From Octopus sinensis (taxonomy: Eukaryota), in assembly GCF_006345805.1 (NCBI RefSeq), contig NC_043006.1:81964001-82028000 (forward strand): 64,000 nt of DNA, in the 5' to 3' direction. Shown here in pieces: positions 13,500 to 26,069 of the stretch. The translations under genes were made by a program, and so were the position numbers. The notes beneath the pieces are model-generated. The model saw only the letters and a list, made by a program, of their open reading frames with translations. It ran no database searches and had not been told where the DNA came from. Within the stretch, counting starts at the first letter, position 1; every line of letters begins with the position of its first letter.

Positions 13500-13800
13500 G
13501 GTCAACACCATCAAACATCACCTCAGATGGGAGGTCATGTCCCTGCATGAAATGTATTAGACTGCAATATCAAATCCTCTTACAGCAATCATAGTAGTGG
13601 CAGACATCCCATGTGAAGCTACAAAGACCATTTAAAACAGATGAAGAAAAGCTCCAACAATGACCCTAAATCCTGGGAGAAAAATGCAGAAGACAGAACA
13701 GTCTGGGATCACACCATCAAGACTGGCATAGAACATTTTGCTAAACATTGAAGAAATAAAGAATATAAATGGTTACAATGAGAAACTGACCAAATCCAAC
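13500..13800 (+). mobile_element. Degenerate RTE-BovB-type LINE ORF2 3' fragment
   Basis: With frameshifts it reads HHLRW.GHV...YKDHLK...DPKSWEKNAEDRTVWDHTIKTGIEHF. Confidence 0.7.
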
Positions 13801-15299
13801 CAAGGCCTCTACTGATCATTAAATGTGACATCTGTGGACTTTTGTTCCATGCAAAATTTGGTTTTGTCAGGCACTGATATAAATGAGGAAGTCCAAATGA
13901 AAAACAGAAATACTCAGAAATGAGGAGGAGCCGATGGTGTGTATATATATATCCTGAAATTTGGTATTGTTGTTTAATTCCAATTCAATCCTGCTCGAGT
14001 AGATCTATGAACAATAGTACAGATCATAGGACTGCTATGATCCTATTTTCTTTTTGTCAAGCTAAGTGCAACCAGGTCCAAAATATTAAGTGTGTCCATT
14101 ATTTTCCTAAGATCATTGAGTGATATTTGAGCCTCTGACGAAGAATTTCTAGCAGGACTTCCTGTTTTTGAATGATATATTTAATCTATGAGTCTGATTT
14201 GACACTACCACCTGATCCTAGGGTGCTTCTGGCAGAGAACACAACACATTATGCTGCAAAAACTTCAGGTTAACTCTTCAGTCTAAGAGCAATTCCCCTA
14301 CCCACCCTTAAACTCCATCTATCTGTGAGTCCTGCTCATACTATACCATAAAAACAGGGGTGAGCATACATAAAACAAGTGTCCTTTTCTGCTTTGGATC
14401 ATCCTCATTATCATTCAATGTCTGTTGTCCATGTTGGCATAGGTTGAATGGTTTGACCAGGGTTGGTAAGCTGAGGTGCTGCACCTGTCTCCAGTCTGAT
14501 TTGGCATGGTTTCTACTTTCTCTGTGATATATGAAAGATATTTAATCCAATCCAAAATGCTTATGGATTGCTGATGTTTGAAGTGGTAACCTACTGGCAT
14601 TTGATTTATAATAAGAGAAAGTAATAAACATTCAGTTTTAGGTGAGTTGCTATGAAATTTTATAGTCCTTGAGCTAATTTCACAGGAATATGAATTGCGA
14701 CATTGATTCGTCTCACATCTCTTAGTTTTCAGAGAAATTATAGTGTATCATAACAACTGTGAAAACAGATGAAGGCTGCAACAGAGCTATGCTTCCAAGA
14801 TTTTAACCCAAACATTTCCTTCTGCGCAATGATGTCACAGTGCCAAACAATATATTAAATGGTGAGTAGCAACAGATAGGAAAAAAACATAGCTATTTGT
14901 GTCATCTTCAATGCAGTAGAGGTAACAGCAACAGTCAGAAAAACTACAAGATAAATATTATATTACAATATTGTTGTTTTCTTTCGCAAAGGTTTGACTT
15001 CATATCACACAAGGGTCAATTTCTTTTCCTTTTGTTTCTCCACTATTCTGAAGAATCAATAACGTAATTAGGTACTGGTAGTCATTGGAAAACATATTCT
15101 TGTGGTAATATTTTGAGGAAATCAATATTTTGACACCCCTTAAAATATGTGAGAAAAATTACTTTTCTGTACATAATGTAGAGTGATATTCCATTTAAAG
15201 GTATTGAGTGACCTCTCAATTAAAGGTTGATTCTTTTTGCTAGATAACTATACACATTTATACATATGTACACATGCATGCACACATGGATGTATTTGC

Positions 15300-15331
<32 letters not shown>

Positions 15332-17499
15332 TTTTAGCAACCTTTGCTAATTAGCCTTCATATAATAGGCTGATTGTCGTACTGAAGTAACATCTAAAAT
15401 CAATATCTAACAATTGTAAATTTATCTTTCAATCATATGTCTCTGAATCATCCATTATTTCCTTACTTGTCTTCCTATCTCCTTTGGTATGCAACACTTT
15501 TGTTTCACTCCAACATAAACATTTCCTATGCCCTAAGGGTGTTTTCATATTACCTCTGCATTTTTTAAATACATATTTGACATCTTGTATCAACTGTGTA
15601 ATTTAAAATTAAAACCTTGTGACAAGCCTAATTATGACACTATGTTTGGAAACACTGACCTTACTTGAAATGTCCTTATCCTTAAAGTATTTTTGATAGC
15701 TTCAATTGTCCAAGTAGATAGATTACTGGATAAGTAGCAGTGAGCATAATATGTCATATCCTGCCATGAACACTGTACTCTGAGTATGGCCAAGAAAGTT
15801 ACTTCACTCCTATAAGTCCTATAAATCCACCTCGTTTATGCAATACATTACTCACTTTGTGGAGCAAAGTTGGTAATTTATTATGTGTACATGGTCATGG
15901 CTGCTTGGTCTGCTAGAAATAGCCATCAAATCTCCATGAAAGTATACCTGCCCATCTTGAAAACGAAGGTATACTTTGAAGATGTAGTTCTAGATATAGA
16001 ATGCTTGAGACAAGAGTTGTTGTTGTTGTTAAGCAACAAGATGGGTGTGGGTGATTAGGTGATGGTCTAGGGCTTAGGGGCGGGAGACTCCAGACCTTAG
16101 AAAAAAAAACTTTGGTTGTCTTGTTGTAGTCGAGGGCTCTTCATTGACGCCCGACACCACTGAGAGGTGCCCTCAAAGTCGCTGGAAATGGAGATCTCCA
16201 GGTCCAAATTCTTGAATGGCTGAGACGAGTGTGAGATAGCCATGGTTGGAAACCATTTGCTTATAGCTCATTGGTTTGTTCAGTTCGGATTGATTTGAGG
16301 GCTAAGCAAGAACAACAACAGCAACAATAGTGTGGTATTGACATATATACTGAAAACCTAAATCAATTCATTGGGGAAGAGATTTATCTTTCATCTGCCA
16401 CTCACTACAGAACCCAGAATTGAACAGTAGCCCTAGGGATTCTTCGTTTATGAAAGATTAGCACCTTTGTGAAAAAAAAAAAAATTCAATAGTGTAAAAT
16501 GTACTTTATCATACTGTAATTTTATTGTATTTAATTATTATTATCATATACTTATTTATTTGTTTATTATGTCCTCAACAAGGAATAAAAATAATTTCAA
16601 ATGCACAAGAATTTCTTATTATTATTAGTCTTACACTCTAAGGGCAGTAAGACAGCACAATAATTAATATGCCGGACAAAATAAATACTGCCAAGGTCAA
16701 CTTTATCTTTCTTCCTTTTGGGGTCAATAAAGTAAGTTTCAGTTGAACACAGAGTGAACTTGGAGCAACACAAAATAAAGTGCCTTGCTCAAGGACACAC
16801 CATGCCACTAGAAATCAAATTCATAACTAGTAATTGTGAGTCAAATATGATAACAAATAAGCTAAGTGCCTTCACCAATTTCAGCATACAGCTGACGCTA
16901 CAAGTGGTGCAACTTCAGCAGAACTACAGGCAATAGGCAACATAATCAGTGATGCATAGAAGAATATGTAAATCTAATTCCCAACATAAGAAAAACAAAA
17001 TGTTTTGCATCATTGAACATCCAGCATGCAGGAACCTGTTACAACCATTTGGGTATATGTAAAGCAGGGGAAAACTGCAGAAAACTTCCTATGTCTAGGT
17101 GTTCATAGACTACAGAAAATAGATATTGATGAAAAGGTCTAAAATTAGGTAGGCAAAGGTAAAGACCCCCTTCGGTCATGAATGACCATGGGATTGCACC
17201 TAGAAAGTTCTCCTCCAAGGCATAAGTCCAGGCAAGGTTGTTTATTGAAGACCAGTAGTTGCCCATGCATACCAACCTACCCTCTCCATGCCACTGGTGT
17301 TATCGAAGGGAAAGACAAAGGCCAATACAACTTGATACCAGTGACATCACAACTCATTTCTACAGCTGAGTGAACTGGAGCAACATGGAATAAAGTATCT
17401 TGCTCAAGAACACAACACACAGCCTGGTCCAGGAATTGATCTAACTACCTCAGGATTGTGAGCCCCAAACTCTAACCACTGATCTTTGCAACTTTTGAC

Positions 17500-18060
17500 C
17501 ATCTTGAGAATCGTGTACACTTAGATACTTAGATAAGTTTTGGCCAGAAGTGGCCTAGGCCATACCTAACTTAATATATCACCACCTGGAAAAAACTTTT
17601 AATGATGTTTTAAAGCACATTCGAGTAAAGAGTTATTGTTTGCAGACATATATATCCTAGTGTAGGTGGGTCATCTAGAATTTGTTGGAGATATTTGTCC
17701 AGGACCAGTTTGAATGTTATGAGATCTTTTTTTCTCTTATGTGTCTTAATGTGATGTTAAAGAGAGCAGGGCCAGTTGAGGTAAAATAGTCTTGTCTTAC
17801 AGTTATGATGTGATGCAGGCATGATATTTGTAGAGGATAGATGACGCAGGGACCAAGCCTCGGCTAAATTCTGAAGTTGATGCCAACATCATTTGGGCAA
17901 GGATGTTGGAGTATTTTCCACCCCATACAAATAATATGGTGCTCACAGTGACGTTGGAGAGAATGGAGTTTGAGCTTCTCAAGACAATCCCAATAAATTA
18001 AGATCTGACATGTCGTCTATTTTCCTTGTGATCAGTTTCTGAGATGCTTCACATTCTATA
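17500..18060 (-). mobile_element. Degenerate CR1-group LINE 3' end
   Basis: With frameshifts it reads ITRKIDDMSDLN(Y)WD.LEKLKLHSLQR...RQDYFTSTGPALF, followed by a short ctaagtat repeat tail. Confidence 0.7.
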
Positions 18061-18257
18061 AATGAAGAGCAAATATATTCATATGCATGTGGATGTGAGT
18101 GTGCGTATTTTGATGTTTGTGTGTGCATGTATATGTATGTATAAAGTACAATAATATTGTTTTTGAAATATGCAACATATATTAAATGTGTTTTAATTTT
18201 ATACTTGATGTTTGGCACAGCCTATACATTAATAAATACACACACTGATTTCTAGAC

Positions 18258-18293
<36 letters not shown>

Positions 18294-18394
18294 GTGCAAA
18301 TGTATGTAAATATATATATATATATATACATATATTATATATTATATATTACATATTATATTATATATATATATGTGTGTGTGTGTACCAGCTG

Positions 18395-18480
18395 GATCAC
18401 AGCTGTCCAACAGGAACATGAAACTCTGAGTAGCAGCTTTTGTTAATGTTTTTGCAGCTTTAATAACAAAGTTTATATAT
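18395..18480 (+). mobile_element. Degenerate copy of the 8280-8408 Penelope-like terminus
   Basis: gctgtccaacaggaacatgaaactctgagtagcagc matches ctgtccgacgaatgggaacgtgaaactctgagtaacag. Confidence 0.6.
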
Positions 18481-18552
18481 GTATATATAGGTATATACAA
18501 GTATATATATATATATGAGTATATATTTGCTTTTTTACATGTATACATACAT

Positions 18553-18596
<44 letters not shown>

Positions 18597-19309
18597 ATGC
18601 ATAAATTAATACATGCATATACACACACACATACATACATATATATTTGCGACAGCTCTTTTTTACTCACATATTCACATGTAAGCCTTTTCATATGCAA
18701 GCAGGTAAATGCCAAGTACTCGTTACATATGTTTAACACATATGTAATGTTATACGAGAGGCAACACATATTTAACATGTTTACATATGAATGACAACTT
18801 ACAAGCTTGTACAGGCTCAGTCTTCTATATAACACGTGCAGATCTGTATTAATTTAGATAATGAATGCAGATAATCAGGACTTTAGATAAAACGCACATA
18901 CACATGTTAATGTGCATCTTAAACATAAACATGAAAACCTATACATATATGTATGTGTGAGTGTGTATATGTGTTTGTATATATCATATATATTTCTCTG
19001 CAGATCTGTAGTAATTTAGTTCATGTACACAAATAATAATTACTCTAGGTTGCACTCACATACACCCGTGCACAAATATATGCGCATGCACACAAACATA
19101 TAGATCTAATTATATACTCGTTCACAAATGTGTGTGTATGTGCACTCATGTATATACATATGTATATGTATTTATACACCTGTGCATGGCAGTGTACCTG
19201 TGTGTGTGTATATCATCATATTCATCATCATCATTTAATAACCATTTTTATACACACATACACACACACATATATGTATAATATATAATATATAGACACC
19301 CACATATAT

Positions 19310-19502
19310 CTTCTATCTCTTAGTGGCTCCAGTCATTAGATGGTGGTCATACTGGAGCATTGCCGTGAAGACTTTTAGCTGAATGAATCCACTCTGGTAC
19401 TTATTCTATCAGTTGCTTTTGCCTAACCACCAAGCTATGGGGATATAAACAAACCAGCATCTGTTATCAAGCAGTGGTAGAGGACAAAGACAATGATGCA
19501 CA

Positions 19503-19551
<49 letters not shown>

Positions 19552-19735
19552 ACACACACACATCAAGAAGCCAGCCATACATATATGTGTATGTATGAGC
19601 TTTCAGTTTCTGTCTACCAAATCCACTCAGAAGGTTTTAATTGGCCCAGGGCTATACTAGAAGATGGTTGCCCATTGTGTCATACAGTAAGACTGAACCC
19701 AGAATTATATAGCTGGGAAGCAAACTTCTTAACAC
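19310..19735 (-). mobile_element. Degenerate SINE family A (duplicated at 20705-21120)
   Basis: Same motifs as 778-1152. Confidence 0.7.
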
Positions 19736-19818
19736 ACACACACATGTATATATACACACACGCACACACACATATATATATACACACACACATATGTATA
19801 TATACATATATATATGTA

Positions 19819-19875
<57 letters not shown>

Positions 19876-19960
19876 GCATATATATATGTATGTACATATG
19901 TATATATGAAGATGGTTTGTAAACAAAACATCTACATACGTATGTGTATGTATATATATA

Positions 19961-19992
<32 letters not shown>

Positions 19993-19994
19993 GG

Positions 19995-20290
19995 TAAATG
20001 AAAGACAGAAGATGGAATATACAAGAATTCATTATTAATCATGGCAATTGTTTCCACACATCTAGCACCGATCCCTCACAGGTGGGACATTTAACAACTG
20101 GTTCAGGAGCATCCGGCAGAGCAGATGTGTCTCATTGGGTAATAAATGGAAACAACTCATTAAAATAATTGTTCTGCGATGTATCTTCTCATTTCATAGA
20201 AAGAAAGGCAGCAGAACGAAGGAAATATCTTCTTTTATATAGATCAAAAATATAATCACAGATGGCAAAAAGAGAAATGAACACACAATG
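19995..20290 (-). mobile_element. Probable Penelope-like remnant with decayed hammerhead (second copy at 21640-21930)
   Basis: Minus strand reads cac-CTGTGAG...GAAACAATTGCC followed by an AT-rich tail. Confidence 0.4.
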
Positions 20291-20329
20291 TGTGTGTGTA
20301 TGTGTCCACGTTTGTGTGTGTGTATGTCA

Positions 20330-20665
20330 TCATCATCATCATTTAACGTCCGCTTTCCATGATAGCATGGGTTGAGTGTAGTGGGTGCTTTTTACGTGCC
20401 ACCGGCACAGGTGCCAGACAGAACTGGCAGACGGCCACGGACGGATGGTGCTTTTACGTGCCACTGGCACAGGGGCCAGGCGAGGCTGGCAACGGCCACG
20501 AACGGATGGTGCATTTACGTGCCACCGGCACGGGGGCCAGGCGAGGCTGGCAACGGCCATGAACGGATGGTGTTTTTTACGTGCCACCGGCACGGAGGCC
20601 AGTCGGGGCAGCGCTGGCAACGGCCACGATCGGATGGTTCGCTTACTTGTCACCGGCACTGGTAT
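20330..20665 (-). mobile_element. RTE 3' end with about five 60-bp modules (duplicated at 22012-22347, continuing to about 22620)
   Basis: catcatcatcatttaacgtccgctttccatg tail followed by tandem ggtgcttttacgtgccaccggcac units. Confidence 0.85.
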
Positions 20666-20897
20666 ATGTATAATATATAATATATAGACACCCACATATA
20701 TCTTCTATCTCTTAGTGGCTCCAGTCATTAGATGGTGGTCATACTGGAGCATTGCCGTGAAGACTTTTAGCTGAATGAATCCACTCTGGTACTTATTCTA
20801 TCAGTTGCTTTTGCCTAACCACCAAGCTATGGGGATATAAACAAACCAGCATCTGTTATCAAGCAGTGGTAGAGGACAAAGACAATGATGCACACTA

Positions 20898-20935
<38 letters not shown>

Positions 20936-21206
20936 GTATACACACACACATCAAGAAGCCAGCCATACATATATGTGTATGTATGAGCTTTCAGTTTCTG
21001 TCTACCAAATCCACTCAGAAGGTTTTAATTGGCCCAGGGCTATACTAGAAGATGGTTGCCCATTGTGTCATACAGTAAGACTGAACCCAGAATTATATAG
21101 CTGGGAAGCAAACTTCTTAACACACACACACATGTATATATACACACACGCACACACACATATATATATATACACACACATATGTATATATACATATATA
21201 TATGTA

Positions 21207-21253
<47 letters not shown>

Positions 21254-21348
21254 GCATATATATATGTATGTACATATGTATATATGAAGATGGTTGTAAA
21301 CAAAACATCTACATACGTATGTGTATGTATATATATATATATATATAT

Positions 21349-21558
21349 AATTTATTATATAGAGGAGCTTCTACAGGACTAGTACTGTTTCATTCAGAGA
21401 AATCTTCAGGAAGCCCTGAAGAGCTTCCTGAAGATTTCTCTTGAATGAAACAGTACTAGTCCTGTAGAAGCTCCTTCTATATAATAAATTAATTTTACTC
21501 TGCTATGTATTGAGTACCTTACTTACTGTGGTTAACCCCGGATCAACCCGGGACCTAC
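21349..21558 (+). mobile_element. Penelope-like terminus with inverted duplication, inserted in a (TA)n tract
   Basis: 66-68-bp inverted arms (21349-21414/21423-21490) with an 8-nt loop. The right arm has CTGAAGA...GAAACAGTACTAGTC followed by AATAAA and tail sequence. Confidence 0.6.
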
Positions 21559-21632
<74 letters not shown>

Positions 21633-21934
21633 TATATATGGTAAATGAAAGACAGAAGATGGAATATACAAGAATTCATTATTAATCATGGCAATTGTTT
21701 CCACACATCTAGCACCGATCCCTCACAGGTGGGACACTTAACAACTGGTTCAGGAGCATCCGGCAGTGCAGATGTGTCTCATTGGGTGATAAATGGAAAC
21801 AACTCATTAAAATAATTGTTCTGCGATGTATCTTCTCATTTCATAGAAAGAAAGGCAGCAGAACGAAGGAAATATCTTCTTTTATATAGATCAAAAATAT
21901 AATCACAGATGGCAAAAAGAGAAATGAACACACA

Positions 21935-21988
<54 letters not shown>

Positions 21989-23404
21989 CCACGTTTGTGT
22001 GTGTGTATGTCATCATCATCATCATTTAACGTCCGCTTTCCATGATAGCATGGGTTGAGTGTAGTGGGTGCTTTTTACGTGCCACCGGCACAGGTGCCAG
22101 ACAGAACTGGCAGACGGCCACGGACGGATGGTGCTTTTACGTGCCACTGGCACAGGGGCCAGGCGAGGCTGGCAACGGCCACGAACGGATGGTGCATTTA
22201 CGTGCCACCGGCACGGGGGCCAGGCGAGGCTGGCAACGGCCATGAACGGATGGTGTTTTTTACGTGCCACCGGCACGGAGGCCAGTCGGGGCAGCGCTGG
22301 CAACGGCCACGATCGGATGGTTCGCTTACTTGTCACCGGCACTGGTATCACAGCTGTAATTTCCATTGATGTTGATCAGCTTCGATTTTGGTTCTGCTTT
22401 CTGATATCTGATTTGATTTGGTTTGAATTTGATTTTGATTTTGACTTTTGATTTTCACTTGCCTCAACTGGTCTTCACAAGTGGAGTTTTGTGTCCCAAG
22501 AAGAAAAGGTATGTACAAGTTGACTGGCTACTTTGCTTCTGCTTTCTGATATCTGATTTGATTTGGCGTGATTTTGATTTTGATTTTCACTTGCCTCAAC
22601 GGGTCTTCACATATATGTATATATATATATTCTTTTCTACTCTAGGCCAGTCAATTAGACTGACCCCAGTACGCAACTGGTACTTAATTTATCGACCCCG
22701 AAAGGATGAAGGGCCAAGTTGACCTCAGTGGAATATGAACTCATTATGCATATATATTTAGTACACAAATTGCACTACAAGACATGGCAATAACATATGT
22801 ACAGGTGATCGATGTCTTTCTCTGCTAGCTTTCTCTATCGACAATCAATCAATTATCTCACTCTATATTCCCTGCAACACAATCTAGATTATCCCATTCA
22901 TTTTTTTTCTGGTTTTTTTTTTGTCTCTGGACACCTGTGATATTATAGAAATTACTTAGCCTTCACTACGCATCTCCTTTGTCCTCTTCCTTACCACCAC
23001 CCCATCAACACTTTCTCTCTCTCTTTCTTCAATCTCTGAAATTAAGAAACACAACAGCTGTTGCAGAGTATTGTATTGCTATTATTGTAGATGTTGTCGC
23101 TCATTGTCATTAGGCTTGTTGTTGACATTGCTGTTATTATTACAAGTGCTATGTGTTATTGATGTTCTAGTTATTGTTGTTATTGATATCTACTTCAGCA
23201 TTTTTGCACTTGCTGTTGCAGTTATTGTTCAACCCAAGGTCAGTCCTGGTTGAGCAGATCTAACCTATGATCAAAGGCATTCCAGTCATGACATCCCCAT
23301 TCATTTGTTTGATCATCAAGGACTACATCATCCAGTAATTCCTGTGGGCAGGCAGAATCGTTAGAATGCCAAGCAAAATGCTTAGTAAGACATATAGGAT
23401 ATAT

Positions 23405-23720
23405 TCTTCTACTTGTTTCAGTCATGACTGCAGCCATGCTGGAGCAGGACCATAAAGGGGTCTTTTAGTCAAAGAAATTGACCCCAGGACTTATTCTTTG
23501 TAGCCTAGTACATATTTAAATGGCCTTTTTTGCTGAACTACTAAGTTACAGGTACAAAAACACACCAGCATCAGTAGTCAAGTGATGCTGGGGAGACGAA
23601 CACAGACACAAAGACACACTCGCATAAATATATAAATATATATATATGATGGGCTTCTTTCAGTTTCCATCTGCCAAATCCACTCAGCCGAAGGGTATAG
23701 TGGAAGACACTTGGATATGA
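23405..23720 (-). mobile_element. SINE family A
   Basis: cttgtttcagtcatgactgcagccatgctggagc...gggcttctttcagtttcc. Confidence 0.75.
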
Positions 23721-23940
23721 GGTAGAATAAGAACAGTAATAAACAAGTGAAGAATGAATATATAATGCCATTGTCTATTTGACAAAGGAAAAAAGTGACC
23801 ATCCCAAAATACAACAACATATATATATGTATGTAGAAAACAAAGTTATTTTATTCTATACGGGTAGAAATATATAAAAGAAAAGTTGAAAAAGCACTAA
23901 GATTCATTTGGATTTTTTATTTAAAAATTTTAAAAACTTA

Positions 23941-24272
23941 ACTGGTTTCACAGATTCTTCCGATTGTCAAAAGTTGAGACAGAAAGATGCAGAGTTATGC
24001 TGCAACTACCTTGCTTCTGACTGCAATTCAAAAATTGTCTTGTTTTTATCGATAGAGCATGGCTCAAATTAGCATCTGTCTTGGACACATTTTGATTGGT
24101 TGAGGATGATCATGTGATCAGGTTTTAGAAATTTTTGTACATTCTCTACTACATCTATTCTTTAATGTCACGCAACAATATATTTGGCATTGTTAGTTAA
24201 AGCTGTCACATGACATAGCCCCATGTCTTTCTCTCTCAACTTTCAAAAGACAGAGAAATCTGTGAAACTGGC
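23941..24272. mobile_element. Old MITE with ~55-bp imperfect TIRs, flanked by TTA/TAA (Harbinger-like, tentative)
   Basis: actggtttcacagattc...aaagttgagacagaaaga is the inverse of tctttctctctcaactttc...gaaatctgtgaaactggc. Confidence 0.55.
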
Positions 24273-24357
24273 TAAATCTATAAAAATTAAAAGATAAAAA
24301 ATCTAAATGAATCCCTGTGCATTTTCAACTTCTTTTCTCTCTCTCTCTCTCTCTCTC

Positions 24358-24388
<31 letters not shown>

Positions 24389-24391
<3 letters not shown>

Positions 24392-25728
24392 CAGCAAGGC
24401 GTACTCAGCACACACACCCTCGGGTAGGTGGCCCTGCTCAATCTGTAGGAAAGGTACAGGTAGAAACTCCATAAGATGCACCCAATGTAAGCTATGGACG
24501 CATAAGAGGTGCAGCAACATTAAAGGGAAATTAACAGATAAGATAGCTTTCATGTGCGGCAGATGCACAGGGGCAATAGACACAACAGACACTCAGAAAA
24601 CAGATTCCATCACACTCCAGGGAGAGAAACTAGAAGTAGTTGATAGTTTCCGCTACCTGGGTGACCAAGTTAGTAGCGGAGGTGGATGCACAGAGAGTAT
24701 CACCACTAGAATACGAATAGCCTGGGCAAAGTTCAGAAAGCTCCTACCCTTACTGGCGGCAAAGGGTCTCTCCCTCAGAGCGAAAGGTAGATTGTATGAT
24801 GCATGTGTGCGAACTGCCATGCTTCACGGTAATGAAACATGGGCTGTGACTGCAGAGGACATGCGTAGACTTGAAAGAAATGAAGTTAGCATGATCCGCT
24901 GGATGTGTAGTGTCAGTGTGCACGCACGACAGAGTGTAAGCATCCTGAGAGAAATGCTGGATATAAGAAGCATCAGATGTGGTGTGCAAGAGCGACACTT
25001 GCGATGGTATGGTCATGTGCTGCGGATGGATGAAGAGAGATGTGTGAAGAAGTGCCACTCCCAAACAGTTGAAGGTATCAGGGGGAGAGGTAGACCCAGG
25101 AAGACATGGGATGAGGTAGTCAAGCATGACCTCAGAGCATTGGGCCTCACTGAGGCAATGGCGAAGGACCGAGATCTCTGGAGATATGCTGTGACTGCAA
25201 AGACCCGGGCTGCTTCCTGCATCAGTTCCATCTAGCCCCTGCCCATTCAAAGTACCCCGGATCCCAGATAGTCCTGCTGTGCCTGAGGAGATCTGTTGAG
25301 TCAAGTACATGAACATGAACGTCGAAATAAATATCAATGGAAATAGGAGTTATGATGCCTGTGCCGGTGGCACATAAAAAGTACTATCTGAACGTGGCCG
25401 ATGCCAGCGCTGCCCCGACTGGCCTCTGTGCCGGTAAGACCATCCGAACGTTGCCAGCGCCGCCTTGGCTGGCTCCCGTGCCGCTGGCACGTTAAAAGCT
25501 CGAACTGATCGTGACCGATGCTGGACCCCCCGGCCCCTGTGCAGGTGGCACGTAAAAAGCACCCACTCCACTCGTGGAGTGGTTGGCGTTAGGAAGGGCA
25601 TCCAGCCGTAGAAACTCTGCCAGATCAGACTGGAGCCTGGAGCGGCCCCTGGCTTCCCAGACCCCGGTCGAACCGTCCAACCCGTGCTAGCGCGGAAAAC
25701 GGACGTTAAACGATGATGATGATGATTA
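24389..25728 (+). mobile_element. 5'-truncated RTE-clade LINE with 3' UTR repeat modules and (GAT)n tail
   Basis: Uninterrupted ORF2 C-terminus (FRYLG, RIRIAWAKF, LRWYGHV, RGRGRPRKTW), 3' UTR with gtgccggtggcac modules, ends cggacgttaaacgatgatgat. Confidence 0.92.
24390..25235 (+). CDS. RTE ORF2 C-terminal fragment containing a PHD-like Cys4-His-Cys3 finger and the end of the RT domain
   Basis: The frame stays open upstream of the listed Met: WPCSICRKGTGRNSIRCTQCKLWTHKRCSNIKGKLTDKIAFMCGRC...LEVVDSFRYLGDQ. Confidence 0.8.
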
Positions 25729-26069
25729 TGATGATATGTATAATCTTATATGTGTATATACATTTTGATTTATTATGAAGAATTTGAACATTCAAACTTT
25801 ACATTTATTATTAATTAGTTTATAAATAATATAAAATACTATGAAATAAACTAACTGGAAATAAACAAAAGGTCTGAATGCTCAAATTCTTCATTCTCCT
25901 TATTATCAATATTGTACTATGCACTCTAAGTAGCCAAGAAATAAACTGTAATATCACATGCGAATTAAAGGAAATTTACCATAAAAGGCATCATCTGAAG
26001 GAATCACCCTTGGCATTTTACATAGAGAAATTCAGTATCTGCCTGGATATTATATCCTTCCTCTTACTC

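Larger units (their letters stand above)
19275..22347. repeat. Near-identical tandem duplication (19275-20665 and 20666-22347)
   Basis: Same SINE, microsatellite, PLE-remnant and RTE order. About three substitutions, microsatellite length changes, and a ~210-bp insert present only in copy 2. Confidence 0.92.

Noticed and set aside
16878-16952. Plus-strand acceptor-like site followed by HTADATSGATSAELQAIGNIISDA*
   Set aside because: Too short, no homology, and no supporting partner exons.
20339-20695. Overlapping GC-rich ORFs in several frames (also 22022-22451) and their CRISPR-like periodicity
   Set aside because: These are RTE 3' UTR modules. The spacers are related to one another, there are no cas genes, and the context is eukaryotic.
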